Below are positions 7,981 to 17,218 of a stretch of DNA of 32,000 nt, piece after piece (the first letter of the stretch is position 1; each line of letters opens with the position of its first letter). The translations under genes were made by a program, and so were the position numbers. This DNA comes from Rickettsiales bacterium (GTDB taxonomy: Bacteria; Pseudomonadota; Alphaproteobacteria; Rs-D84), in the NCBI GenBank assembly GCA_031279085.1, contig JAITJD010000037.1, forward strand, positions 1 through 32,000, written 5' to 3'. The notes beneath the pieces were generated by a model, which was not told the origin of the DNA, searched no databases, and was given only the letters and a program-made list of their open reading frames with translations.

Positions 7981-8814
7981 ATGTTGAAATTTGTTAGATT
8001 CCCCCGCCGACCAAAGGTTTCCGTCTGCGTGCCGCTGTACAATACGCGGCCGGACTTGCTGCGCAAGATGATAGAATCTGTTCTGGGTCAGACTTTCACA
8101 GACTTTGAGTTTTTGATTCTAAATGATTCGCCGGATAATAAAGAGCTGGGCGCGATTGTCGCGGAATATAAAGACAAGCGGATAATTTATAAAAGAAACA
8201 GGCGGAATCTTGGCATATCCGGCGCACGCAACAGGCTGATGGACATGGCGCGCGGCGAATACATCGCGGTGCATGACCACGACGACTGGTCTTTGCCGGA
8301 AAGGTTTGAGAAACAAGTCGCTTTTCTGGATTCGCATCCGCACTATGGCGCGGTCAGCTGCGATTATTATATAAACGAGAATATAGCTGAAAACCTAATG
8401 ATAAATGTTTGCCGCGACAATATCGATATAAAGATAAATTTCTTATACGGGTGTTTTTTTCTGCACCCGGGGTGCATGCTTCGCAAATCCGTGCTAAACA
8501 AGCATGGATTGCGATACGAAGAAGAATATTCTCCGTCCGAAGATTACAGGCTGTTTGCTCGTCTTGCCGAATTCACATTGTTCAAGACATTGCCGGAACC
8601 GTTGCTGGTTTACAATATGTATGGTTTAAATACCTCCAAAGTGCAACAAGACAGAGCCATGGCAATGGAAGAAGAAATAAAGTTTTTTGTGAAAAACAAA
8701 TTTCCATTTTCTGCCATAGCGCAAGATATTGCAATTTTGCGCCAAGAATTAGGCAAAATATCGCAAAACTTGGACAATATTGCCGGTATTGTTAATAAAA
8801 GGCTTGATTTTTGA
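7981..8814 (+). CDS. glycosyltransferase family 2
   Basis: VSVCVPLYNTRPDLLRKMIESVLGQTFTDFEFLILNDSPD .. YIAVHDHDDWSLPERFEKQVAFLDSHP is the classic GT2 N-terminal Rossmann/DxD pattern. Confidence 0.8.
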   Translation: MLKFVRFPRRPKVSVCVPLYNTRPDLLRKMIESVLGQTFTDFEFLILNDSPDNKELGAIVAEYKDKRIIYKRNRRNLGISGARNRLMDMARGEYIAVHDHDDWSLPERFEKQVAFLDSHPHYGAVSCDYYINENIAENLMINVCRDNIDIKINFLYGCFFLHPGCMLRKSVLNKHGLRYEEEYSPSEDYRLFARLAEFTLFKTLPEPLLVYNMYGLNTSKVQQDRAMAMEEEIKFFVKNKFPFSAIAQDIAILRQELGKISQNLDNIAGIVNKRLDF

Positions 8815-8831
8815 CGGAAATTATTTATAAT
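8804..8831 (+). promoter_or_regulatory. sigma70-type promoter candidate for the tRNA pair
   Basis: TTGATT (8804-8809), 16-nt spacer, TATAAT (8826-8831), ~56 nt upstream of tRNA-Gly. Confidence 0.45.
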
Positions 8832-8887
8832 CACTGAACTTTGGCATGACGAAGGCGTTTGCCGGCGCATCTAAGGATTAAATGCAA

Positions 8888-8962
8888 GCGAGCATAGTAC
8901 AAAGGCTAGTATGCGAGCCTTCCAAGCTTGAGATGAGGGTTCGATTCCCTCTGCTCGCACCA
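8888..8962 (+). tRNA. tRNA-Gly (anticodon UCC), CCA encoded
   Basis: Cloverleaf folded by hand. Acceptor GCGAGCA/TGCTCGC, D stem GTAC/GTAT, anticodon stem CGAGC/GCTTG with loop CTTCCAA, T arm GAGGG-TTCGATT-CCCTC, discriminator A plus CCA. Total 75 nt. Confidence 0.9.
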
Positions 8963-8967
8963 TGATT

Positions 8968-9054
8968 GGGCGTGCGCCGGAGTTGGAGAGCCGGGGCAGA
9001 CTGTAAATCTGTTGGCTTATGCCTGAGCTGGTTCGAATCCAGCCACTCCCACCA
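8968..9054 (+). tRNA. tRNA-Tyr (anticodon GUA), class II with long variable arm, CCA encoded
   Basis: Acceptor GGGCGTG/CACTCCC (one C4-U69 mismatch), D arm CCGG-AGTTGGAGAG-CCGG, anticodon stem GCAGA/TCTGT with loop CTGTAAA, variable arm GGC-TTAT-GCC, T arm GCTGG-TTCGAAT-CCAGC, then A plus CCA. Total 87 nt. Confidence 0.85.
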
Positions 9055-9152
9055 ATCTATCCATTTTCCCTATTTTTATCGTTAAAAACCTTGAAAATCG
9101 GGAGAAAGTTTTGTGTCCGCAATATTCGTAATCATCGCTGGCGCGGGCTTTT

Positions 9153-10799
9153 TTATTCGGACACTTCCACATTGTCTATCAGTTTTCTATCCACCTGTTC
9201 TAATGCGACAGGCTGGAATTCTTCGGAATTTATCACCTCGCTGTCGTCTTCGGGCAGAATCACCGTTTCGTTATTGTCCCCTGGTTGCGCGCCGCTGTCG
9301 TCCGGCATATTCGCGCCGAAAGTTTTTGACCGATATTTTCCGCGCAATTCTTCGGGAATCTTTATGTAGTCCGACGGATTTATGCCCTCGCTAACCAGGC
9401 TGATTTCCAAAGCGCCGGAAATCTGCCCCGGCTGCAAATTATAAATCGGAGTAATGAAATTTGATGCGGAATTCCTGACGATTCGCGCCACGCCGCCGCC
9501 GGTCAATTCCATGATTTGCAAAGCTCTTTCGCTTGTTCCGTCCGGGCGCAGCCTGAATAGTCCGTTCAGCCCGTTATATCCGCTGGGGTCCAGCAGATAA
9601 GCCGCATAATCTTTTCCTGATTTGAACATGCCTATGGACAAGTTCGCCGCGTCAAAGCCGAATGAGTCAAGCTTTGACGGGATTTTTCCCGACACCTGTT
9701 CGTACAGTTTCTCAAAATCGGGCGAGCCGGGCGGCAATGCGGCGAATTTTGCGCCGGCCATTGTTAAATCGCCCAGCATTTCGTTCGTATCCCACAATGC
9801 GGTTCCGTAAAATCCGACATCGCGGGAACCGACATCAAAATATCGCAGGAAAGACGCTATTGTCTTGGAATCATTTGCGTTGCCTAAAAATAAAACGGCA
9901 TCATAAGGCACTTTGCCCAAAGTATCGGATTTTGACAGCTTGTTCAGCTGCGCGGATATATTGGATTTCTGAGCTGGCCTTAATTTCTCCTTTACCAGAA
10001 TATCCGACAATATTTCGCGCGCCTTGGTGTTCGCCGCCGAACGCGCGGCAAACATTGACGCTTTATGCGCGGCCTGTTTTATGGATTCCGAATTTCCTTC
10101 CGAATAATAAAACACTCCGGAAATAGGAATGTCGTACGTGTTCCCGCCAAGAACAGCCGCGCCGGCCATTTTTTCCCCCGAGGCGGTCTTGGGCGCCATA
10201 ATAACGATGCCGCGCGCATGGTCGCGCATCGTTTCTTTCAATATTTCCTCTATGCTCTGCGCCGGTATCAGCGCCATTGTCATGACGCCGTCGGAAAGCG
10301 CGGAAATATCCGAACTGAAAGACAAAACAGGCAGAGATTCAGGCTTCATGTCGCGCACAAGCCTGACGTCTTCGGCAAAAATCGGGCCAATAACAATATC
10401 CGGCTGCGCGAGCAAGGCATTCATAATGATGTTTTGTTTTTGCAATTTATTTCCAGACAAGTCAAAAAACGATACGGATATATTTTTATTCGGATTTTGC
10501 AAAAAAGCCATCTCAACAGCCGTGCGAATCCCCAGGCCAATCGCTCCGTCCGGTCCGGATGACGGCAGCAGGACCGATACATTTTTCTGCCCGGGTATCT
10601 GTTCGTAAGAAGTTTCCTCATTCCCGTAAATCTCGTATTCGGGATAGTGAAAATTCGTCTGCATCTGCGCCGGCGACAGGGTCGGGGCCTGGGCTTGCTC
10701 AGCATGCCAGCCGGACGGTTCGGTACATCCGGCAATGAGTATTGCAGACAGCAAAGCGCAAAATGCATAAATTTTTCTTATAATCATTGAAGTTTCCAT
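9153..10799 (-). CDS. LpoA-like lipoprotein (penicillin-binding protein activator family; type-1 periplasmic-binding fold) with acidic C-terminal tail
   Basis: Lipobox LSAILIAGC|TE. VSVLLPSSGPDGAIGLGIRTAVEMAF..DLSGN..AQPDIVIGPIFAEDV is a Peripla_BP type-1 pattern. It is divergently paired with rsmI, as lpoA(yraM)/rsmI(yraL) are in E. coli. Confidence 0.65.
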   Translation of the reverse strand: METSMIIRKIYAFCALLSAILIAGCTEPSGWHAEQAQAPTLSPAQMQTNFHYPEYEIYGNEETSYEQIPGQKNVSVLLPSSGPDGAIGLGIRTAVEMAFLQNPNKNISVSFFDLSGNKLQKQNIIMNALLAQPDIVIGPIFAEDVRLVRDMKPESLPVLSFSSDISALSDGVMTMALIPAQSIEEILKETMRDHARGIVIMAPKTASGEKMAGAAVLGGNTYDIPISGVFYYSEGNSESIKQAAHKASMFAARSAANTKAREILSDILVKEKLRPAQKSNISAQLNKLSKSDTLGKVPYDAVLFLGNANDSKTIASFLRYFDVGSRDVGFYGTALWDTNEMLGDLTMAGAKFAALPPGSPDFEKLYEQVSGKIPSKLDSFGFDAANLSIGMFKSGKDYAAYLLDPSGYNGLNGLFRLRPDGTSERALQIMELTGGGVARIVRNSASNFITPIYNLQPGQISGALEISLVSEGINPSDYIKIPEELRGKYRSKTFGANMPDDSGAQPGDNNETVILPEDDSEVINSEEFQPVALEQVDRKLIDNVEVSE

Positions 10800-10847
10800 A
10801 TTTTGTATGTATTATTTTATATATAATAACACAGGTGCGCAATCAAA

Positions 10848-11693
10848 ATGAACACAAATCACGAATCAATTCGGCAATGCTTGCAGCCCGGGCTTTATAT
10901 TGTCGGCACATCCATTGGAAATCTTGGGGACTTGTCGCCGCGCGCGGCGGATGTTTTGCGCGCGGCCGATCTGATTGCGGCTGAAGACACGCGCGTTTTC
11001 GGAAAGCTGGCTTCGCGCTTTGACATAAAAACAAAAAAAATATCCTTTCACGAGCATAATGAAAAAGGCGCGATTTCCGGCCTGATTGAAAAAATTCAAT
11101 CGGGTGCGGCCGTGGCCGTCGTTTCGGATTCAGGAATGCCCGCAATCAGCGACCCGGGCTTTCGCCTGATTCGCGCCGCGCGCGCGGCCAACCTGCCGGT
11201 GTTTGTCGTGCCGGGCCCCAGCGCCGGCATTTCCGCGCTGGTATTGTCGGGATTTCCAACCGACAGATTTACATTCTGCGGATTCTTTGATGAAAAAAAA
11301 GCGCGAGATGACAACAAAATACGGCATGCCATAATTTATTATGAAAGCCCGAACAGAATAATGAGCACGGTTGAAACCCTAGCCAAAATAATGCCGGAGC
11401 GCCGAATAGCCATCGTGCGCGAGATGACAAAGATTCACGAAGAAACCATAATCGGATATCCTGCGGAACTGTTGGAAATCGCAAAATCTAGGGCGCGGAA
11501 CGGGGATGCCCCGTTCAAAGGCGAGATAGTTATTGTCATAGAGCCCGCGCCCGAGCATAAAATGTCGGATTCTGAAATCACGGAAATAGTGAACGATGTA
11601 GCGATGAAGTCCGCTAAATCCGCCGCCGCAGATATTGCGGCGCGCGCCGGCATCTCAAAGAAAGAAGCATATAAAAGGTTCTTGAACAAATGA
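10848..11693 (+). CDS. rsmI: 16S rRNA (cytidine1402-2'-O)-methyltransferase RsmI
   Basis: GLYIVGTSIGNLGDLSPRAADVLRAADLIAAEDTR .. VVSDSGMPAISDPGFRLI .. VPGPSAGISAL is the tetrapyrrole-methylase-fold RsmI pattern. Confidence 0.85.
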   Translation: MNTNHESIRQCLQPGLYIVGTSIGNLGDLSPRAADVLRAADLIAAEDTRVFGKLASRFDIKTKKISFHEHNEKGAISGLIEKIQSGAAVAVVSDSGMPAISDPGFRLIRAARAANLPVFVVPGPSAGISALVLSGFPTDRFTFCGFFDEKKARDDNKIRHAIIYYESPNRIMSTVETLAKIMPERRIAIVREMTKIHEETIIGYPAELLEIAKSRARNGDAPFKGEIVIVIEPAPEHKMSDSEITEIVNDVAMKSAKSAAADIAARAGISKKEAYKRFLNK

Positions 11694-12247
11694 TAAAATT
11701 CGTCGGAAGTTTTGAAACTGTGGAAAGTCTGCCGCGGACGCAGTTTCCGGAATACGCCTTTATCGGGCGCAGCAATGTCGGCAAGTCTTCGCTGATAAAC
11801 GCAATCGCCGGCTCGGCTGTCGCGCGGACATCAAAAACACCCGGGCGCACGCGGTCTTTGAACCTTTTTAATTTTGGCGACCGCGTCATGATTGCCGACC
11901 TGCCTGGATACGGCTATGCGGCGGTTTCCAAGGCAGAGGCACAAATGTGGCTGGAAAGGTTAGAGGAATATTTGCTGACGCGCCGCCAGTTGGCCCGGCT
12001 GTTTGTTTTAATTGATTCGCGCGTCGGGATAAAGGAGTCGGATTTGGAACTGATGGGCTTTTGCGACGCGAATGGAATTTCCTATCAAATCGTCATGACA
12101 AAAAAAGACAAAAAATCCAAAGAAAAGGACAAGCCGCGTATCAGCGCTGACCGGCATCCGGCGATGCGTGCGGAAATTTTGGAAACTTCGGCAGAGAAAA
12201 AACAAGGCATAGAAGCGCTGAGGAAAATAATAATCGGCAAAAAATAA
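11690..12247 (+). CDS. engB: ribosome-biogenesis GTPase EngB/YihA
   Basis: EYAFIGRSNVGKSSLINAI (G1), DLPGYGY (G3) and MTKKDK (G4). There is an ATGA overlap with rsmI. Confidence 0.85.
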   Translation: MIKFVGSFETVESLPRTQFPEYAFIGRSNVGKSSLINAIAGSAVARTSKTPGRTRSLNLFNFGDRVMIADLPGYGYAAVSKAEAQMWLERLEEYLLTRRQLARLFVLIDSRVGIKESDLELMGFCDANGISYQIVMTKKDKKSKEKDKPRISADRHPAMRAEILETSAEKKQGIEALRKIIIGKK

Positions 12248-12253
12248 CAGGAA

Positions 12254-14785
12254 ATGGAAAACAGGGTCAGAATCTTTTGCGCCAGCAATCCCGCAAAGCT
12301 GCCGGAGGCTTTGTGGGAGCTTATAAAGCGCGACAGCAATGATTTTTCCGACCATGTGATATTTCTGTCGTCCCGCCGCGCAGTGAGAGTTGTGGAGAAA
12401 ATGCTGGTGGAAAAAAACGGTCGCTCCGTTTTGCTGCCAGAGCTGGTTGCGCTGGGCGAGGGTCCGGAAGACCTCATAGATGACAGCGATGTCGTGCCCG
12501 ATCGAGAGCGCATAATTGTCCTTGCAAAGCTTTTGACGGCAGATGCGAATATTAGAACAGTGTCGAACGCTCTGCCGGTCGCGCGCGATCTTGTGCGCAT
12601 GCAGGACTATATGGAAAACGAGGGCGCCGCGCGCACCGACTGGCAGAGTATCGTTGATGAAAAATATGCCCAGCATTTTAGAAAAAAAGCGGAATTCCTG
12701 CATATAGCGGGCAAAGTCCTGCCAGGGATTTTTTCGAATAAAATCACCGCCGCGCAAAAGCGCAACATCGGCATCAGAAAATGGACGGATTGCATTTGCG
12801 GTGCTAATCGTCGCAAATACATCGTATGCGGATCCACCGCCAGCGTGCCGGCGACATCGGATTTGATGGCTCATATCGCGAGTCTTGAAAACGGGCGCAT
12901 AATTCTGCCTGGAAAAATCAATCGCGCGGAAGACGATCTGGACGAGTGCAACCCTTATGTTTCTGAGAAGAAGTTTTTGGATAAAATCGGCGTCGCGTCG
13001 GAAGATGTCCAGGTCATCGATACCGGCGAAAGCGCGATTGATTTTTTTAACGGGGCTTTCTCAAACAATACCGGTTCCGCCTTCCGCCTTCCGCCTTGCA
13101 TTTCTTTAATTGAATGCGCGCGCGAAAGCGAAGAGGCGGAAGTCGTTGCGGAAATCGCCGCGCGCGGCCGCGCCCAAAACAAGACAGTTTTGGTGATAAG
13201 CCCCGATGTCGCCGGAAATCAGCGATGCGCCGCCGCATTCATGCGCCGCGGGCTGGCGGCGGATTTTTCTTCCGGAATTCCCGGAACCATGACGGCGGCC
13301 GGCAGGGCGGTGCTGAATCTGCTTGACGATTGGATAGAAAGCGGGGATTCTTCGTTTGCCGCAGAATACAGACGCAAAGGTTTTGATTTGTTCGGGGCTT
13401 TATCCGACGCGATCGAAAATATGCAGGTTCGCATGTCGCCCCCATTTCAAATTGATTCAGATGAATCCGCCGCCGTTTGGAGCGCGTTGGAGCAAGCTTC
13501 GGAAATATTAAGCAGAAATAAGATAATCTTGAATTTGCGCGATGCGCGCGCGGTCATCGCGGATGTCTTGTCAGATGTGTCGGTGCGAGCGCCTATGGAC
13601 GACCAGGCTAAAATTTTAGTCTTGGGCACGATTGAATCAAGAATGCAGACCGCCGACATCGTTATATTGACCGGCCTGAACGAGGGCATGTTTCCCGGGC
13701 GCGGATATGAAAATTCATGGCTGCCGCCGCATGTGTCTGAAAAAGTCGGGCTGCCGTCGCCGGATCGCAAGGTGTCGCTGCAAGCGCTTGATTTTATCTC
13801 TTTGTCCTGCGCGGGGCAGGTTTACTGGCTGCGCAGCAAAACATCCGGCGGCTTGCAGACCACCGAAAGCAGGTTTCTTTCCAGAGTCCGGGTCGCAGAA
13901 CAAAGAGCAAAGAGCAAAGAGCAAAGCTCGGTACAAGATTGCTCATCTGAGTTCTGCGAACCTCGTTCTGATGATTTATTGAATGCCGCGCGCGCGCGCG
14001 ACAATGTGCCTTATGAGCCCCTGCAACGCGAAACGCCGCGTCCGCCTGCGGATAAAAGCGACGTTTATGTGACGGAATTAGAGCTGCTGATTCATAATCC
14101 TTACGCTTTCTATGCGCGGCATATCCTGGGGCTGCGCCCGAAAGATGATTATTGGAAAGAACCCGACGCGCGCGATTTCGGCAATCTTGTCCATGAAGTC
14201 ATAGAATGCGCGGCCGGCTGGAATGCGGACAAAATAATCGCGGAATTAGACGCGCGGGCAAAAAAAATACTTTCGCCGGAAAATGTCCTGTTTCATTTCT
14301 GGCACAAGCGCTTTGTCCAAATTGCGCCAGCTGTTGAAAAAATGCTGGCTAATGAAAAAAATGCGTCCGCAGAGATAAAAGGCCAGGTCTTTATAGCGGG
14401 GCGCATGGTGCGCGCCAAGGCCGATAGAATTTGGGACGGCGGCGTCCTGGATATCAAGACAGGCGCCGCGCCCTCCAAAAAGCAATTGCTTGACGGGAAT
14501 ATGCCGCAGCTGCCTTTGGAGACGTACATAATGCAGAACAATGGCTTTCCAATCAAAAGAACGGAGCGCGGAAATATTATCATGCAGTTCTTGCAATTGA
14601 AAAACAATGATGTGAGGCTGATAGAATACAGCGATGTCGATGCGCAGAAAATGATAGATGCCGCAGTGCAAAAGGTTTCGGAATTATTCGGCCGTTATTC
14701 CAATGATTACGAGCCGTACGAATATCGCGAAAATAGCGAGCCGAAATACAAGGAATACGACGATTTGGCAAGAATAGACGATTAA
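12254..14785 (+). CDS. addB: double-strand break repair protein AddB, alphaproteobacterial type (843 aa)
   Basis: N-terminal HVIFLSSRRAVRVVEKML..VLLPELVALGE. C-terminal PD-(D/E)XK region VTELELLIHNPYAFYARHILGL..DARDFGNLVHEVIE..AKADRIW..VLDIKTG. No addA follows it. Confidence 0.75.
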   Translation: MENRVRIFCASNPAKLPEALWELIKRDSNDFSDHVIFLSSRRAVRVVEKMLVEKNGRSVLLPELVALGEGPEDLIDDSDVVPDRERIIVLAKLLTADANIRTVSNALPVARDLVRMQDYMENEGAARTDWQSIVDEKYAQHFRKKAEFLHIAGKVLPGIFSNKITAAQKRNIGIRKWTDCICGANRRKYIVCGSTASVPATSDLMAHIASLENGRIILPGKINRAEDDLDECNPYVSEKKFLDKIGVASEDVQVIDTGESAIDFFNGAFSNNTGSAFRLPPCISLIECARESEEAEVVAEIAARGRAQNKTVLVISPDVAGNQRCAAAFMRRGLAADFSSGIPGTMTAAGRAVLNLLDDWIESGDSSFAAEYRRKGFDLFGALSDAIENMQVRMSPPFQIDSDESAAVWSALEQASEILSRNKIILNLRDARAVIADVLSDVSVRAPMDDQAKILVLGTIESRMQTADIVILTGLNEGMFPGRGYENSWLPPHVSEKVGLPSPDRKVSLQALDFISLSCAGQVYWLRSKTSGGLQTTESRFLSRVRVAEQRAKSKEQSSVQDCSSEFCEPRSDDLLNAARARDNVPYEPLQRETPRPPADKSDVYVTELELLIHNPYAFYARHILGLRPKDDYWKEPDARDFGNLVHEVIECAAGWNADKIIAELDARAKKILSPENVLFHFWHKRFVQIAPAVEKMLANEKNASAEIKGQVFIAGRMVRAKADRIWDGGVLDIKTGAAPSKKQLLDGNMPQLPLETYIMQNNGFPIKRTERGNIIMQFLQLKNNDVRLIEYSDVDAQKMIDAAVQKVSELFGRYSNDYEPYEYRENSEPKYKEYDDLARIDD
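13077..13097. repeat. perfect heptanucleotide tandem repeat (CCGCCTT)x3 inside addB
   Basis: ccgcctt ccgcctt ccgcctt read directly at 13077-13097. It encodes ..AFRLPPC.. Confidence 0.95.
13901..13928. repeat. heptanucleotide tandem repeat (CAAAGAG)x3 plus a partial fourth unit inside addB
   Basis: caaagag caaagag caaagag caaagct read directly at 13901-13928. It encodes ..EQRAKSKEQS.. Confidence 0.95.
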
Positions 14786-14804
14786 CCGTCGGCGTTTGAT
14801 TCAT

Positions 14805-15974
14805 CTATTGGCCTGTATTCTTCATAACATCGGCCAGCAGGTTTTTCACCTGCATTATAATAGCTTTGGAATCGAATCTTTCCAGTCTGCCGGCGGCGTT
14901 GCCTATCAATTTTTGCGCATCCGGCCTTTCGTGCAGTATGTCTGACATTATTTCCGCAAGCCTCTCGGCATCGCCAGGCTTGAACAATATTCCGGCATCG
15001 CCGTCCATGAGAATTTCGGCCACCCCGCTTTTGCAGTCTGACGCAATGTTCAAGGTTCCGCAGACCGCGCTTTCAACCATGACGGTCGGCAAGCCTTCGG
15101 CGCGGCTGGACAGTATATGCGCCATGGCGCCGCGCATGTATCCAAAAGGACGGGATACGGAGCCGGTGAAAATAATATTGTTTTTTATATGGGTACTTTG
15201 AGCAAGCCTCTCAAGCTTTCCGCGCAGTTTTCCATCGCCGACGATAAGCAATTTTACTTCCGGGCATTGTTCGTGGCGCAAGAAAATGTCAAATGCGCGG
15301 ATTATGGTCTCTATGTCTTTGTCCGCAGCCAGCCTGGATACGGATAAAAAATATTTTCCTGGAAATGCCGGCAGCTCTCGTGATAGCTTCTTTATGCCGC
15401 CGATGTCGATAGGGTTGTATATCCTGACTATTTTTTCGCGCCCCGATTTATGCGTTGATTGAAAATCTCGCAGAAAGCTGTCGGACAGACAGACTATTCT
15501 GTCGTATTCCCGGATTTGCCGTTCTCCAAAATGCCGGTTAAAAAAGTCTATTCCGCCATGAATCCATGTAATTTTCGCGCAGCGCGCATGTTTTAATTCC
15601 TTGATGCATGAAAAGTTTTTATAATCAATGACAATGTCGAAGTCCTTTATGGCCATATCTCGTTTCAGTCGTCGCCGCATAATTTTCTTATAAATGCTCC
15701 AAGATATCTTTCTGATGTTTTTGATCGGAAAAAAATTAAGAATCCCCCGCCACCGGAACCTGTTTGCCGCCGGGTATACTATGTGCAATTTTATATTCGG
15801 GTTTATCCCGAACCAATCCGTATAAAATTTTTCTTTCAGCGGTTCTAATAAAAAAACGGACAAATCAAAAGAATCATCTTTTAACAATTCTTCCAAAGTT
15901 CTGATGAATACATTTTCAGTGCCGCCAATAATCATGTCGGGCATAAAGAAAGCTGTTTTTATTTTGCCAATCAT
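14805..15974 (-). CDS. glycosyltransferase family 4 (GT-B, group 1)
   Basis: The C-terminal motif HILSSRAEGLPTVMVESAVCGTLNIASDCKSGVAEILMDGDAGILF is the EX7E-type GT4 signature region. Confidence 0.8.
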   Translation of the reverse strand: MIGKIKTAFFMPDMIIGGTENVFIRTLEELLKDDSFDLSVFLLEPLKEKFYTDWFGINPNIKLHIVYPAANRFRWRGILNFFPIKNIRKISWSIYKKIMRRRLKRDMAIKDFDIVIDYKNFSCIKELKHARCAKITWIHGGIDFFNRHFGERQIREYDRIVCLSDSFLRDFQSTHKSGREKIVRIYNPIDIGGIKKLSRELPAFPGKYFLSVSRLAADKDIETIIRAFDIFLRHEQCPEVKLLIVGDGKLRGKLERLAQSTHIKNNIIFTGSVSRPFGYMRGAMAHILSSRAEGLPTVMVESAVCGTLNIASDCKSGVAEILMDGDAGILFKPGDAERLAEIMSDILHERPDAQKLIGNAAGRLERFDSKAIIMQVKNLLADVMKNTGQ

Positions 15975-16082
15975 TTTGTCTTCTCTGGATTCCGTTCAAC
16001 GATGTATTGAAGATGATTCAAAATTCCCTTTCGAATTAGCGCCGGTTTTCCGCGTCTTTAAAGGTTCGCGGCGACGGATTCA

Positions 16083-16106
16083 TTAAAAACCGCCAAAAAT
16101 TGGCGG
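16083..16106 (-). terminator. intrinsic terminator downstream of xth (minus strand)
   Basis: Read on the minus strand: CCGCCAA-ttt-TTGGCGG followed by TTTTTAAT. The stem is at 16090-16096/16100-16106 and the A-run at 16085-16089 on the plus strand. Confidence 0.6.
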
Positions 16107-16320
16107 CCGGGAAGTTAGAAAAATCAATCTTATCAATGATCCCGCAGATTTCGGGCAAGCCCTGTTGTATAACCGCGGCTTCCCGACCATGTGTCAGGAT
16201 TCGGCGCAAAAACGCCATTTATTTTGACGACGCTGTTTGCGCCGGATAAGAAAGGGATTTTCTAAGTCCCGGACTTCGAAAAGAAATCCAAAATGACTTT
16301 AATAGAATAAGTTCAAAAAG

Positions 16321-17094
16321 TCAATATGATATTTCCAGCGCCAGCCCGCAATGGTCGGTCGGTTTGACCGCGCGGCGCGGCGACATGTCAATATCGCATG
16401 ATTTCAGCAGTTTTTGCGCGGCTTTGTTCGCCAGGAAATAGTCCAGCCGCAGACCCTGGTTTTTCCCGACAGTATCGCCGCCGCGATATCCGTACCATGT
16501 ATAGCCGGTCTCATTCGGATGAAATCGCCGCCAGCAATCCAGCCAGCCCGAATCCAGCCATTCCCGCATGATTGCGCGCGCGGCCGGGGCGGATATGCTG
16601 CTGCCTTCGTAATTTTGCGGATTCCAGACATCGCGGTCTTGGATCGCCACATTGAAATCGCCGCCTATTATCACGGCTTCTTCGGAGTCGAGGAACTTTT
16701 CTATATGCCGGCCGAATTTCTCCATCCATTCGATTTTGTGCGGGAATTTCGGCGAATCCTGCGATTCCCCGTTCGGCATGTACACATTTATAAAGCGCAC
16801 CAGCCCGCCAATCGCGCATTCGATGTACCGCGCGTCAACAGATGGAAAATCGGGCAGCCCACGCGTGATATCTTCAATAGAATATTTGGAAAACACCGCG
16901 ACGCCGTTCCAGCTTTTCTGACCGAATACTTTTATGTCGTACCCGTAATCATCAAACAAAACATACGGAAAGTTTGCGTTATCCACTTTCAGTTCCTGAA
17001 CCAGGACGACATCGTATGAGCCGTTTTTTAGAATTTCCAAAAAACTTTCCGCGTGCGCCCGAATAGAATTGATGTTTAATGTCAGTATTTTCAT
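16321..17094 (-). CDS. xth: exodeoxyribonuclease III (AP endonuclease)
   Basis: MKILTLNINSIRAH..DVVLVQELK..YMPNG..IIGGDFNVA..RLDYFL..SDHCGL are EEP-family Xth motifs. Confidence 0.9.
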   Translation of the reverse strand: MKILTLNINSIRAHAESFLEILKNGSYDVVLVQELKVDNANFPYVLFDDYGYDIKVFGQKSWNGVAVFSKYSIEDITRGLPDFPSVDARYIECAIGGLVRFINVYMPNGESQDSPKFPHKIEWMEKFGRHIEKFLDSEEAVIIGGDFNVAIQDRDVWNPQNYEGSSISAPAARAIMREWLDSGWLDCWRRFHPNETGYTWYGYRGGDTVGKNQGLRLDYFLANKAAQKLLKSCDIDMSPRRAVKPTDHCGLALEISY

Positions 17095-17150
17095 AATGCT
17101 CGCCTTTATATAATGACAAGAAGAAGGGCTGTCCTTTTGTCCTTTTTGAT

Positions 17151-17179
17151 TTGATATTCATGTTATTCCGTTTTATAAT
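17151..17179 (+). promoter_or_regulatory. sigma70-type promoter candidate for the acyl-CoA ligase gene
   Basis: TTGATA (17151-17156), 17-nt spacer, TATAAT (17174-17179), 40 nt upstream of ATG 17219. Confidence 0.5.
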
Positions 17180-17218
17180 GCCAATTGTCCAATATAAAAA
17201 CAACAAGGATTTTTAGTT

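Noticed and set aside
9019-9394. ORFs 9019-9369 and 9113-9394 (+)
   Set aside because: The first starts inside tRNA-Tyr. Both run antisense through the 3' end of the LpoA-like gene. They have no SD or family signal.
16036-16218. 60-aa ORF on the minus strand in the xth / GT4 spacer
   Set aside because: An intrinsic terminator (16083-16106, minus strand) lies inside the ORF, upstream of its stop codon. There is no SD and no recognisable family. It is most likely a non-coding 3' UTR of xth.
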